Shown here: positions 36,734 to 48,700 of the stretch, in pieces
Layout of the letters: each line of letters starts with the position of its first letter
How positions within the stretch are numbered: the stretch's first letter is position 1
NCBI GenBank assembly: GCA_963702425.1
Contig: CAVPCQ010000012.1
Location: 1-64,000, forward strand
From: an uncultured Acidobacteriota bacterium
GTDB lineage: Bacteria; Acidobacteriota; Polarisedimenticolia; J045
Direction: 5' to 3'
DNA length: 64,000 bases
Position numbers and translations under genes: made by a program
Notes under the pieces: generated by a model
Seen by the model: only the letters and a program-made list of their open reading frames with translations
The model's database searches: none
Told to the model about the DNA's origin: nothing

Positions 36734-39700
36734 TCAATTCCGCGGGCGGCCACGGCGGTCGCGGGGCGCGACCAACCGCCCCAGCGCGGACAGCACGCTC
36801 CGCCCGGTCCGGCCTGCCGGCGCCGGTTCCACTTCCGCGACCTTCGCATCGCAGGTGGACGCGATCTGCCCAAGCGTCTGATGGAACAGCGCACGCAGAT
36901 TCACCTTCATTCCCGCCCTGGTCTCGAGGGCCTCCATCACTTTCACCATCACCAGTGAGTTTCCACCGAGTTCCAGGAAGCTGTCGTTGACGCCCACGCG
37001 GTCGATCCCGAGCACCTCGGACCAGATCTCCGCGAGGATAATCTCAGTCGGCGTCTCCGGTGGAACGTAGTCCGTCGGAAGATCGGGGCGCGGGTGACGG
37101 TGCCGCCCAGCCGGAGCCTCGACCATCTCGCTCTCTTCGAGGTCGGGCGACTCGACCGCCGTAGGGAGTCGGTACCGCTGCGGGCGAGCGGACTGAAGGA
37201 GGAGCGAGAGGTCCGTCTCGGAGACCAGGACATTCGGCTCTTCCGCCCCGGCGAGGATCCGACGGAACACTTCGCCACCCTCCCTGTTGGAAATGCCCTG
37301 CGCTTCCGGAAGGGGGACCCCTGCGGCCTCCACAGCCATGCCGACCTCGCGCCAGCGATTCCAGTTCACGGAAACGCAGAAGCGACCGGTGCTCGCCGCG
37401 TGGCTGCGTGCAAAAGCATCGAGGTAGGCGTTCGCCGCGGAGTAGTCCGCCACGCCGGGTACGCCCTTGACCGCGTTGAGGGACGAGCAGAGCACGAAGA
37501 AGTCCAGCTGTTCCTGGCTCAGCAGGCTTTCCAGCACGCGAGTTCCCAGCAGCTTCGGCCCGAAACTGAGCCACGGTCTGTCGGGCGACTGGATCGCCAG
37601 TAGGCCGCCGGCCGTGACACCCGCCGCATGGACCACCCCGTGAATGGAGCCGAAACGGGACCTTGCCTCCCGCAGCACGTTCCGCATTTGAACCGGATCG
37701 GAAACGTCGGCGGCTACCGCCATGACCTGCGCGCCGTTCGCCTCCAGGGTCTGCACGGTCCGAATCCGGCGGCTCACGGGATCCGTCTTGTCGCCGTTGA
37801 GGTGTTGCTCCCACTCCGACCTGTCCGGCAACGGTGTTCGGCCTACGAGGACGAGATTCGCGTGGCACCACTCGGCCAAGCAGTTCGCCAGGACGTACCC
37901 GACGCCGGTCAGACCACCGCTGATGAGATACGTCCCGCGCTCCCGCAGGCGGGGCGTCAAGTCGCCATCCGGTTTGCTCAGGTGTACCGGGGAGAAGGAC
38001 TCCAGCCAACGTCGTCCGCTGCGGTAGGCGACGACAGGGTCGGAGTCGGCGTCGGCCGCGGCGCCGTCGATCTCGCGAATCAGCGCGTCCACTGCCTCCG
38101 GTACCTGCAGCCGCAGGTCCTCTGCCGAGAAGTCAACGTTCCGGCAGGACACCTTGGCGAACTCGTGGCCGATCACTCGAACCGGGCCGAGGATCGTCGC
38201 CTTCTCGGCGCAGATGGACTCTGCGCCCGTCACGTCGTGCACGCCCTCCGTGACCGCGAAGATGCGCAGGCCGCTCGAGGCTTCCGCGTCCGCCAACGCC
38301 CGTACCAGGAAGAACAGGCTGAAGTAGCCAAGATACTGCAACTCCTCGGCGAGTGCGTCATCGTTGCGTATCGCGTCTGAAGCGGGCGTGGTGCCCCACA
38401 GATGAACGGCGAGTCCGGGGAAGCCACCGTCTCGTGCCAGGTCGCCGACGAGGCGATGGTAGTCGTCCTGCGACCGCGGATCGAGAGTGATCCTGTCGCC
38501 CGTTCGCTCGTATCGCGGGCCGGTCGTTACCTCGAACACCCGCCGGCCGTCGGCCTGGAGCCGCTCGAGGCACCGCCGAGCGAAGTCCGAGCCGTCGGCA
38601 AAGACCACGCAGCGGGTTTCGGCGGGACGATCCGACGCAGTCAGGGGCCGCTCTCCGGACAGGCTCGTCCGCCGCCAGGTCCTCGCGTAGTACCAATCGG
38701 CGATGTTCCTTCTCAGGCCCGGGGAACCCTCGCCACGTTCGACCGACTTGTCGAGCCGGTCGATCCAGAAGCGCTGCCGCTGGAACGGGTACGTGGGCAG
38801 GGTCACGCGGCGGCGAGACTCGGCCCGGTAGAAGCCGCACCAGTCAACGCTGACTCCCACCGTCCAGAGACGTGCCAGGGCGCCCATGAGCACCGCCGCA
38901 TCCGAGACCTCCGCCTTCGGATGACGCATCGACGAGATCAGGACCTTGTTCGGATCGCACGCGTCGTGCATGCGCGCTAGTGAGGTCATGATCTGGCCGG
39001 GGCCGACCTCGAGGAGGACCTGGTCCGGCATGCGCAGGATCCGTTCCATCCCCTCGGCGAATCGAACCGGTTCGCGAAGGTGGAGACCCCAGTACTCGGG
39101 GCTCCGGGCCTCCGACTCGGTGATCCAGTCGCCCGTCAGGTTGGACACGAACGGGATTCTCAACGAGCCGAGTTTAGCCTTCCCGACGGCCTCGACGAGC
39201 GGCCCTACGCCGCTCTCCATCAGCCCCGAGTGATACGCGTGGGTGGCGGCCACGCGGCTGCACTCCACACCGTCCCGCGTCAGCCGCTCCTCGAACGCCT
39301 CGATCCGCTTCGGGTCGCCGGAAACGAGGCACAGCGACGGGGCATTGACCGCGGACAGCCAGATCCCCTCCTCCCGTTGCAGCAGTGCGCGAACACGGTC
39401 TTCCGGCAAGGGGATCGATAGCATGGCGCCGTCGGGAGACTTCTCCATCAGACGACCGCGAAGCGCAACGACCCTCAGGGCGTCCTGGTAGCTCAGCACA
39501 CCGGAGACGCACGCGGCCACGTATTCCCCCAGGCTGTGGCCGATGCAGGCAGCGGGCTCGATGCCCCACGACTGCCAGAGTCTCGCCATCGCGTAGTCGA
39601 CGAGGAACACCGCCGGCTGGAAGATCGTGGGGCGGTCCAGCAGGACCGCCGCATCGGCGGGGTCGGCCTCCGCCGGATAGAGGCAACTCCGCAGGTCGAA

Positions 39701-42700
39701 GTCGATTTCGTCCCGAAGGTAATGGAGCCCCTCGTCGACCGTCTCGCGGAAGACCGTTTCGGTCTCGTACAACTCACGGCCCATGTCCATGTGCTGGTGG
39801 CCGTGGCCTGGGAACATGAACACGACGGACGGTGCACGCTCCGGTGCGTGCCTGGTCCAGACTCGATCCGCTGCACCGCCGCGCAGCGCCTGAACGGCAT
39901 CGGCGCCGTCCCGGCAGAGCACTGCCCGCCGGTGCCGGAACTCCCTGCGCCCGACTTGCAGTGTGTACGCCGCGTCGGCCAGGTTCACGTCGCTGTTCCG
40001 TTCGAGATGATCGGAAAGCCGCACTCCGGCCTCGTCGAGGGCCTCGCGACTCTTGGCCGACAGCATCAGCAGCTGGCACGGCCGGGACGGCCCCGATGCG
40101 TCCAACGCCGGCGCCTCTTCCAGGATCGCGTGGGCGTTGGTACCGCCCAGGCCGAAGGCACTGACGCCCGCCCGGCGTGGCACGCCGGCCGGCGTCGTCC
40201 AGTCCCGAAGTTCCGAAACCACATAAAACGGGCTGTCGTCGAAGTCGATGTTCGGATTCGGGCTTTCGAAGTGCAGGCTCGGCGGGAGCTGGCCGTGTTC
40301 CATCGCAAGGACCGTCTTGATCAGCCCGGCCACGCCGGCGGCCTCGTTGAGGTGCCCCATGTTGGACTTCAGCGAGCCCAGGCCGCAGAACGCACGCTTC
40401 GCGGTCCGCTCGCGGAAGACCTTCGTCAGTGCGGCAACCTCGATCGGATCGCCGAGCGCAGTCGCCGTCCCGTGCGCCTCGACATACGAGATGCTCTCCG
40501 GATCGACCCCGGCGGACGCCTGGGCCAACGCGATCGCCGCGGCCTGGCCTTCTACACTGGGGGCGGTGAAGCCGACCTTGCTCGAGCCGTCGTTGTTGAC
40601 GGCGGTCCCGCGAATGACGGCATGGACCTGGTCGCCGTCCGCCAGCGCGTCCTCCAGCCGTTTGAGCGCGATCACCGCAGAACCGCTGCCGCTCACGGTG
40701 CCGTCCGCGCGAGCGTCGAACGTCCGGTTGTGTCCGTCGGCGGCTCGAATCCCGCCGGACTCGTACATGTAACCGTTTACGACGGGTATCTGGATGCACA
40801 CGCCACCGGCCAGCGCGATATCGCACTGATGATCCAGCAGCGAGCGGCACGCTTCGTGAACTGCTACGAGGCCGGTGGAACACGCGGTCTGAACCGTCAT
40901 GCTCGGCCCGCGCAGGTTGAGATCGTACGACACGCGCGTCGCGATGAAGTCCTTGTCGACGGACAGCGTCCACTGCATGCCGCCGACCGACGACAGTAGA
41001 CCGGGCTGTGACTGCAGGTTCATTGCGTACGAGCTGGTAGTCATCCCGGCATAGACCGCAATCATGCCCGCGTACCGTTCCGGGTCATAGCCGGCCCGCT
41101 CGAGGACCTCCCACGCGCATTCCAGGAACACCCGTTGCTGGGGATCCAGCAGCTCGGCTTCGCGCGGAGAATAGCCGAAGAACCGGGCATCGAAAAACTC
41201 GACATCGTCCAGGATGGCTCGCGCCTTGACGAATTTCGGATGCGCCAGGAGATGCTCCGGTATTCCAGCCGTCCTCAACTCCTCGTCCGTGAAAAACCGA
41301 ACCGACTCCACTCCGTCCCTGAGGTTGTCCCAGAACGTCTCGACGTCCCGGGCGCCGGGGAATCGGCCTGCCATCGCGATGACCGCAATCGCGTTGCCAC
41401 GATCCGCTCCGCGGCGGGCGAGCCGGGTCTCGGCGCTCGCGTGGAGTCCGGGAACCGGGTCCTCGTCCCCGCTCAGGTGGCTGGCCAGCCCCTCCACCGT
41501 GGGGTACTGGAACAGATCGGTGACCGGAACGTCTCTCCCGAGCTCGTCGATCAGGCGCCGGTGGACCTGCAGCAGACGCAGCGAATGCCCCCCCAGGTCG
41601 AAGAAGTTGTCCCGGACCCCGACCGTCTCGACCCCGAGCACGCCGCGCCAGATCGCCGCAATCCTCTCCTCGATCTCGCTCCGCGGGGCGACATAGGCTT
41701 CCTCTGACACTCGGTCCGTCGCGGGTGCGGGAAGCGCGCGGCGGTCGACCTTCCCATTCGGCGTAAGCGGCAGCGCGTCGAGAAACACGAACACCGACGG
41801 AACCATGTACTCAGGCATGGTTTCGCACAGGGCGGCTCGCAGATCGGCCCGGGAAGGCTCCCGCCCGGTGCTGCTGACAACGTAGGCCGCCAGGTACTTG
41901 TCTCCCTGCCCATCGTCCAGGCACATCACCACCGCGTCGCGCACTTCGGGGCGCTGGACGAGTGCGGCTTCGACTTCTCCCAGCTCGATTCGGAACCCCC
42001 GCAGCTTGACCTGGTTGTCACTCCGACCAATGAACTCGATGTCGCCGCTCGCGAGCCGGCGGACGAGATCCCCGGTCCGGTAAAGGCGCACCGGTCGCGG
42101 GCCCCCGGTGTCCACATCCACGAACCGCTGTGCCGTGAGTTCGGGCCGGCTCAGGTACCCGCGTGCAAGCCCGTCGCCACCGACAAATAGCTCGCCAAGC
42201 ACTCCTGGCGGACACGGTTCGAACGCCTGGTCCAGAATGAAACAGGTCGAGTTCGCGATGGGGAGACCGATCGGTACCGTGACCGCGTCTTCTGGAACTT
42301 CGCGAACCGGATACCACGTCGAGAACGTCGTATTCTCGGTCGGCCCGTAGACGTGGAGCAGGTTCTCCGGAGGACCGTCTTCGAGCACCGCGCGCACGCG
42401 AGCGGGATCGACCGCCTCGCCACCGAAGAGCAGGTACCGCAACGCGCGGCAACTTCCCGGCGCCTCCACCGTCAGCTGGTTGAACAAGGCGGTCGTCAGG
42501 AACAGCACCGTGATACCCCGTTCCCGCAGCTCTGCGGAAAACCGGCGTGGCGATAGAACGATGTCCGGACCCAGCCCGATCAGCTGCGCCCCGTTCAGCA
42601 GCGCACCCCAGATCTCGAAGGTGGCCGCGTCGAATGACGCGTTGGATGCCTGCGCGATCCGGTCGGACGGTCCCAGCTGTATGTAGTCGGTGTTCCGGAC

Positions 42701-45700
42701 CAATCGGACGATGGAACGATGGCACACCGAGACACCCTTGGGCTTCCCGGTGGAACCGGACGTGTAGATGACGTAGGCCAGGCTGTCCGCGGTCGCAGCG
42801 GCTCGTGGGCGCGCGTCGCTCTCCGAGGCGATCCCCGGCCAGTCTGTGTCGAGGCAGATCATCACGCCGTGATAGGCAGGCAACTGCTCCGTCAGGTGCG
42901 ATTGGGTCAGCAGCACCGGAGCGGCCGTGTCCTCCAGCATGAACTCGAGACGCTGCTTCGGGTATCCCGTATCGAGCGGAACGTACGCTCCGCCCGCTTT
43001 CAGGACCGCCAGGATCGCGACGATCATGTCGACCCCGCGCTCCGCGAAAACGGCGACCATGATCTCGGGACCGACGCCGCGGCCGATCAGCCGGTTAGCC
43101 AGGCGATTCGACAGGCGATCCAGTTCGCCATAGGTCACGCTCCGCCCTTCGTAGAGGACCGCCACGGCATCTGGCGAATCTTCCGCGCAACGTTCGAACA
43201 ACGTGTGGACGCACACTCCCGAAGGGTACTCCCGGGTCGTATCGTTCCACTCGACGGCCCGTCGTTGCTTTTCGGCCGGCGCGATCATCGAGATCTGGTC
43301 GAGCCTCCGAATCGCGGGTTCCGCGATCTGCTCCAGCAACCGCCCGAAGTGCCTGAGCAACTGCTCGGGCGCATCCGCTGCGAAACGCCGCGCATCGTAT
43401 CGAAGCTCCGCCGACAACCGTCTCCCCGGGTGGACGACCAATGCCAACGGGTAGTTCGCGTACGATACGTCCCGCCCCTCCGTGATCCGCAGGCTGCTCG
43501 CGGCCAGTGAAGACTGAACGTCCATCGGGTAATTCTCGTAGACGAGAAGGCTGTCGAACAGCTGCGTCGCGCCCCGGACGTTGCTCCAGCTCCGAATCTC
43601 GTACAACGGAGTGTATTCGTGCTGCTGCATCTCGGTCTGTTGTGCCTGGATGCCCTCGAGCCACTCCAGGATCGGCTGATCGTTCGTTTGCACCCGCATG
43701 GGCAGGGTGTTGATGAACAAGCCCATGATCCGTTCGACGCCGGGCAGCTCGGAAGCCCGGCCGGAAACCGTCACTCCGAAGAGGACATCATCCGTGCCGC
43801 TGTACCGAGACAACAGGAGCGACCAAGCGCCCTGGACCAGCGTGTTCACTGTCAGGCGGTGTCGTCGCGCGAACTCGGCGACTTTCGCGCTCGCCTCCTC
43901 TGACAGCAGAGTGGAAGCGCGCGCGGGGCGCACCGACACATCCGGGGGAAGCCCTTGGCAAACCGTCGGCAGGGGCGTCGGCTCATACCAGCCCGCCAGG
44001 CGATCGCGCCAGTACGCCTCGGCAGTGGAGCGATCCTGACGCTGCAGCCATCGGACGTAATCGGAGAACGGCCGTCCGGGATCCAGGTCCGTCGAGCGGC
44101 CGGCACGCCGGCTCGAGTACGCTCCCAGGACGCCGTTCAACAGAAGCGGCAGCGACCAGCCATCCAGGATGACATGGTGGTGGGTCCAGATCAGCCGGAA
44201 GGTGTCCACTCCGATCCGGATCAGGCGCACGCGCATCAGGGGGGGGGTTCCGAGGTCGAAGCCACGCCTCCGATCCAGGTCCGCCACGCTGTCGAGACGT
44301 TCCTCGAGTGTGTCTGGCTCGAGTGCGCTCCAGTCGTCCTCGGACCATTCCAGCTCGACATCGCGACACACCACCTGGTGGAACGTCTCCACGTTTTCGA
44401 CGACGAAGGCCGTACGGAGCACCGGTTGCCACCGGAGCACGTCCTGCCAGGCCGCTCTCATGTGATCCGGAACGAGATCGCCGACCAGCGTCAACGCCAG
44501 TTGGCTCGTATAGGTCGCGGAGTCCGGCTCCACGAGCGTGTGATACAGCATGCCCTCCTGGAGGGGCGACAGTACGTAGATGTCCTCGATGCCCAGGGGC
44601 CGGTACCGAGCCTGGATCCGGTCGAGTTCCGTTTGACTGAGCCGGGCGAGAGGAAAATCCGAAGGGGTGTAAGTGGTGAACTCGCGTGTCGCACAGTGCT
44701 CGATGATCTCCTGCAGCACGGAGTTGAAACGATCCGCGAGTGCCTGTACGGTGGCGCGGTCGTGGATGCGCTCGTCGAATATCCAGTTCACCTGCAACCG
44801 TCCGTCTTCCACTACCGCCGTGACATCCAACAGGTGGTGGCGACGGTTCCGGGGACTGACCTGGCTGCCCGCCGGCTCGCTGGCCCTCGCGAAGAGGGAG
44901 TCGTTCGCGAACGTCCGGTCGTCTTGTCCCAGGTAGTTGAAGCCGATCTGTCCGACCGGAAGCGATCGCAGCGTTCCCTTGATCCGCTCGTCCCCGGACA
45001 GGTACCGCAGAATGCCCCAGCCGACACCGTTCGACGGGAGGCTGCGAAGCTGTTCCTTGACAGCCGTCAGGACGGCGGCGATTCCCCGGGCGCCACCGAG
45101 ATCGATGAGCACCGGATAGACCGACGTGAACCAACCGACCGTGCGTGAGGTGTCAACGTCCTCGAACAGATCCTCCCGGCCGTGGCCCTCCAGGTTCACG
45201 AGGACCTTCTGCGAGCCCGCCCACTCGGAGAGCGATTGCGCCAGGGCAGCCATCAAGACGTCGTTGATCCGAGTCCGGTACGCGGCGGGGACGGCTTGGA
45301 GCAGGGCTGTGGTCTGGTGCCGCTCCAACTGGGCGCGAACGACGCCGCCGTCGGCCAACCGTCCGGCGGTCTCGTCCGGCGCACGATCCACGGGCAGGGG
45401 CGCTGGAGCGGCGTCGGCGAGCCGCAGCCAATACTCGCGCTGCGCGAGCGCGGCGTCGGAGTCCGCGTACGACGCGAGGCGGTGGGACCAGTCCCTGAGC
45501 GACGTGGTCTTCTGCGGCAGGCGAATCTCCTCCCCCGCCCGCAATTGCCTGCAGGCAGTCTGGAGGTCCTCGATCAAGATCATCAAGGAGACGGTGTCCA
45601 CGGCGACATGATGGATGGCGATCAGCAGATGGTCCGGACGCCCCCGTCCCAGGCGGAACTGGCCGACGTTGATCACGGGACCGCGCTCGAGGCTCAGACC

Positions 45701-48700
45701 GGTTTGCAGACGATCCGCGTGGGCCCGGAGAGTCGCCCGCAGTTCGGAATCCGGGACCCCGGACAGATCCACGTACGAGAACGGCGTCGGCCCGGCGTCC
45801 GCCACGATCTCCTGGGCCCACGCGTCTCCAGCGCGACGGAAGCGGAGCCGGAGCACATCGTGGTGCTCGATCAGAGCCTCGCACGCCCTGCGCAGGATCT
45901 CCGGGGCAACCTGCTCCCGGATTTCGAGCATGCGTCCGTAGTTGTAATGGTCCGGCTCATCCGGTCTCGATTCGAACCAGCGGTGCTGGATCGGCGTCAG
46001 CGGGAGCTCCCCGGTCACCGTGCCCTGTTCAGCGAGCACTGTCGGCACCGAACCGGCCACCGCCGCGAGAGCGGCAATGGTCGGGTTCTCGAAGAGGTCC
46101 CGCGGCTTCAGGCGCAAGCCCGCCTGGTTTGCGCGAGAGACGATCTGGATGCTGAGAATGGACTCGCCGCCGAGCTCGAAAAAATCGTCGTGCACTCCGA
46201 TCTTGTCGACCCGCAGGACCTCCGACCAGATCCGCGCGAGTGTCTGTTCTGCCGCGTTTCGGGGCGCAGCGTAGCCCTTGTCGGCATCATCGCGACCAAA
46301 CTCCGGACCGGGCAACGCAGCCCGGTCGAGCTTGCCGTTGGGCGTGAGCGGCAGGCGCTCGAGCACGAGGAAGGCGGCCGGGACCATGTAGTCCGGCAGA
46401 CGCTTCCGCAGGTACTCCCGCAGGTCCGACGGTGTCGGTGGCGGCGAAGCGGAACAGGCGACGTACGCGACGAGTCGCTTGGGACCGTCGCCGTCCCGGT
46501 GCACCACGACGGCACTCGCATCGACCTCGGCATGAAGATCGAGATGGGACTCGATCTCGCCCAGTTCGATCCGGAAGCCCCTCACCTTGACCTGGTCGTC
46601 TTTCCGCCCGAGGAAGTGCAGCACACCGTCGGCGCTGTACCGCGCCAGGTCGCCGGTCTTGTAGAGGCGACCATCCGCAACCGGATGGCGGACGAACTTC
46701 TCCTCGGTCTCCTCCGGGCGGTTGAGGTACCCGCGCGCGACGCTCGCACCGCCGACGTGAAGTTCGCCGGCCACGCCGACAGCGACCGGTTCTCCGTCCG
46801 AGCCGAGGAGATACACCTTGGTGTTGGCGATCGGCCTGCCGACGGGGGGCCCCCAGGGATAGCGCTCGCGGTCGCCGGGACTCACTCGATGGGTCAGGAC
46901 CCCGACGGTGGTCTCAGTTGGCCCATAGTGATTGAGGATCGCGCACCATGGAGCGAGGGATTGCACCCGCTCCACCAATCCCCACGAACAGACCTCCCCA
47001 CCGACCACGAGCAGTCGCCGGGGCAGAACATGCGCGGGGCTGGCCGCCGCCGTAAGCAGGGCTTCCAGGTGCGACGGCACGATCTTCACGCAGTCGACCG
47101 CGTTCGCCCTCATGTAGTCGGCGAACGCGTCTCCGTTTCCGATCCGTTCCTCGGACATCACGTGGAGACAGCCGCCGCTGCACAGGGCGCCGAAGATCGA
47201 CGTGTTCCCGAGATCTGCGGCCAGGGTGGAGACCGTCGCGAAGTGCGAGCCCGGAGGAACGTCCAACCGCTCGAGGACGGCCTCGGCGTAATTCAGCAAC
47301 TGCCGGTGCTCGATCTGCACGCCCTTGGGACGACCCGTAGTCCCGGAGGTGTACATGACGTACGCCAGGTTCTCGGGCTCGGCGTCTGGGAGCGATTGTC
47401 GGCCGTGCCCTGCAGCTTCTGGTTCCGGGTCCCCGTCGAGGCAGATCACGTGCGGGATTCCCGCGGGGAGATCGCTGGCCCTGGACGAATGGGTCAGCAC
47501 GACCTTGGCGCCGGAGTCCTCGAGCATGAACCGGATGCGCTCGCCCGGATAGACCGGGTCCAGCGGTACATACGCTGCCCCGGATGCCAGAACGCCCATC
47601 AGGCCTTCGATCATCTCCAGGGATCGATCGAAATACAGCGCGACGCGATCGTTGGAACCGACCCCGAGTGCGCGCAGCCGGCAAGCCAGCGTCCTCGCTC
47701 TGGTATCGAGTTCGGCGTAGCTCAGCGCGCATCCCTCGAACACGACAGCCGGCGCGTCGGGACGCGTCCGGGCCCAGTCCTGAAACAGTTGCGGTACGCA
47801 GCGATCAGAAGGCAGGTCGCGTTCCGTGCGATTCCAATCCACGAGAAGCTGTTGGCGCTCGCTCTCGTCCATCAGCTGGAGTTGAGAGATCGGCCGATCC
47901 TCATTCTGTCCGATCTGCAGCAGCAGGTACCTGTAGTGCTTCAGCAGCCGCTGAACGGTCTCTGCATCGAACAGATCGCGCGCATACTCGATCCGAATCA
48001 CGACGCGCTCGCGGGACTCGATGCAGTGGATCGAAAGGTCGAATCGTGCGAAATCGAGATCGGACCCGAGCATCTGCACCTGCACGGGGCCGAGGCGGCC
48101 CTCACTCCCCTTCTGGTCCAGTTCGAGGTGGTTGAACAGGATCTGGAACAGTGGATTGCGGCCGAGGTCCCGCTCGGGCCGCAGCTCCTCGACCAGCTTC
48201 TCGAAGGGCACGTCCGGCCGCGCAAACGCGCCGAGTACGACCTGCCGGACACGCCCCAGCAGCTCCGGGAAGGTCGGATCGCCGGCGAGGTTCGTCCGCA
48301 GGACGAGGTTGTTTACGAAGAAGCCGATCAGTCCCTCGACTTTCCGATGACTCCTTCCGGAGATCGGTGTGCCGATTACCAGATCGGTCTGTCCACTGGA
48401 CCGCCACAGCAGAACCTTGAACGCAGCCAGCAGCATCATGAACGAAGTGACGCCCCGACGCTGGCAGAGCTCCCTGAGTGAGGCGGTTTCGTCGACGGAC
48501 AGCGTCACCATTTCGGTGCCGCCTCGATGGCTCTGGCTCGTCGGCCTGGGCCGGTCCATCGGCAAGTCGACGGACGGCAAGTCTACGCCGAGAAGCGTTC
48601 GCCAGTACTTCAGATCCCGCTCGAGATACGGCCCTTGCAGCATCTCCCGCTGCCACTGGGCGTAGTCCGCGTACTGAAGCTCGAGCTCCGGCAACGGCGA

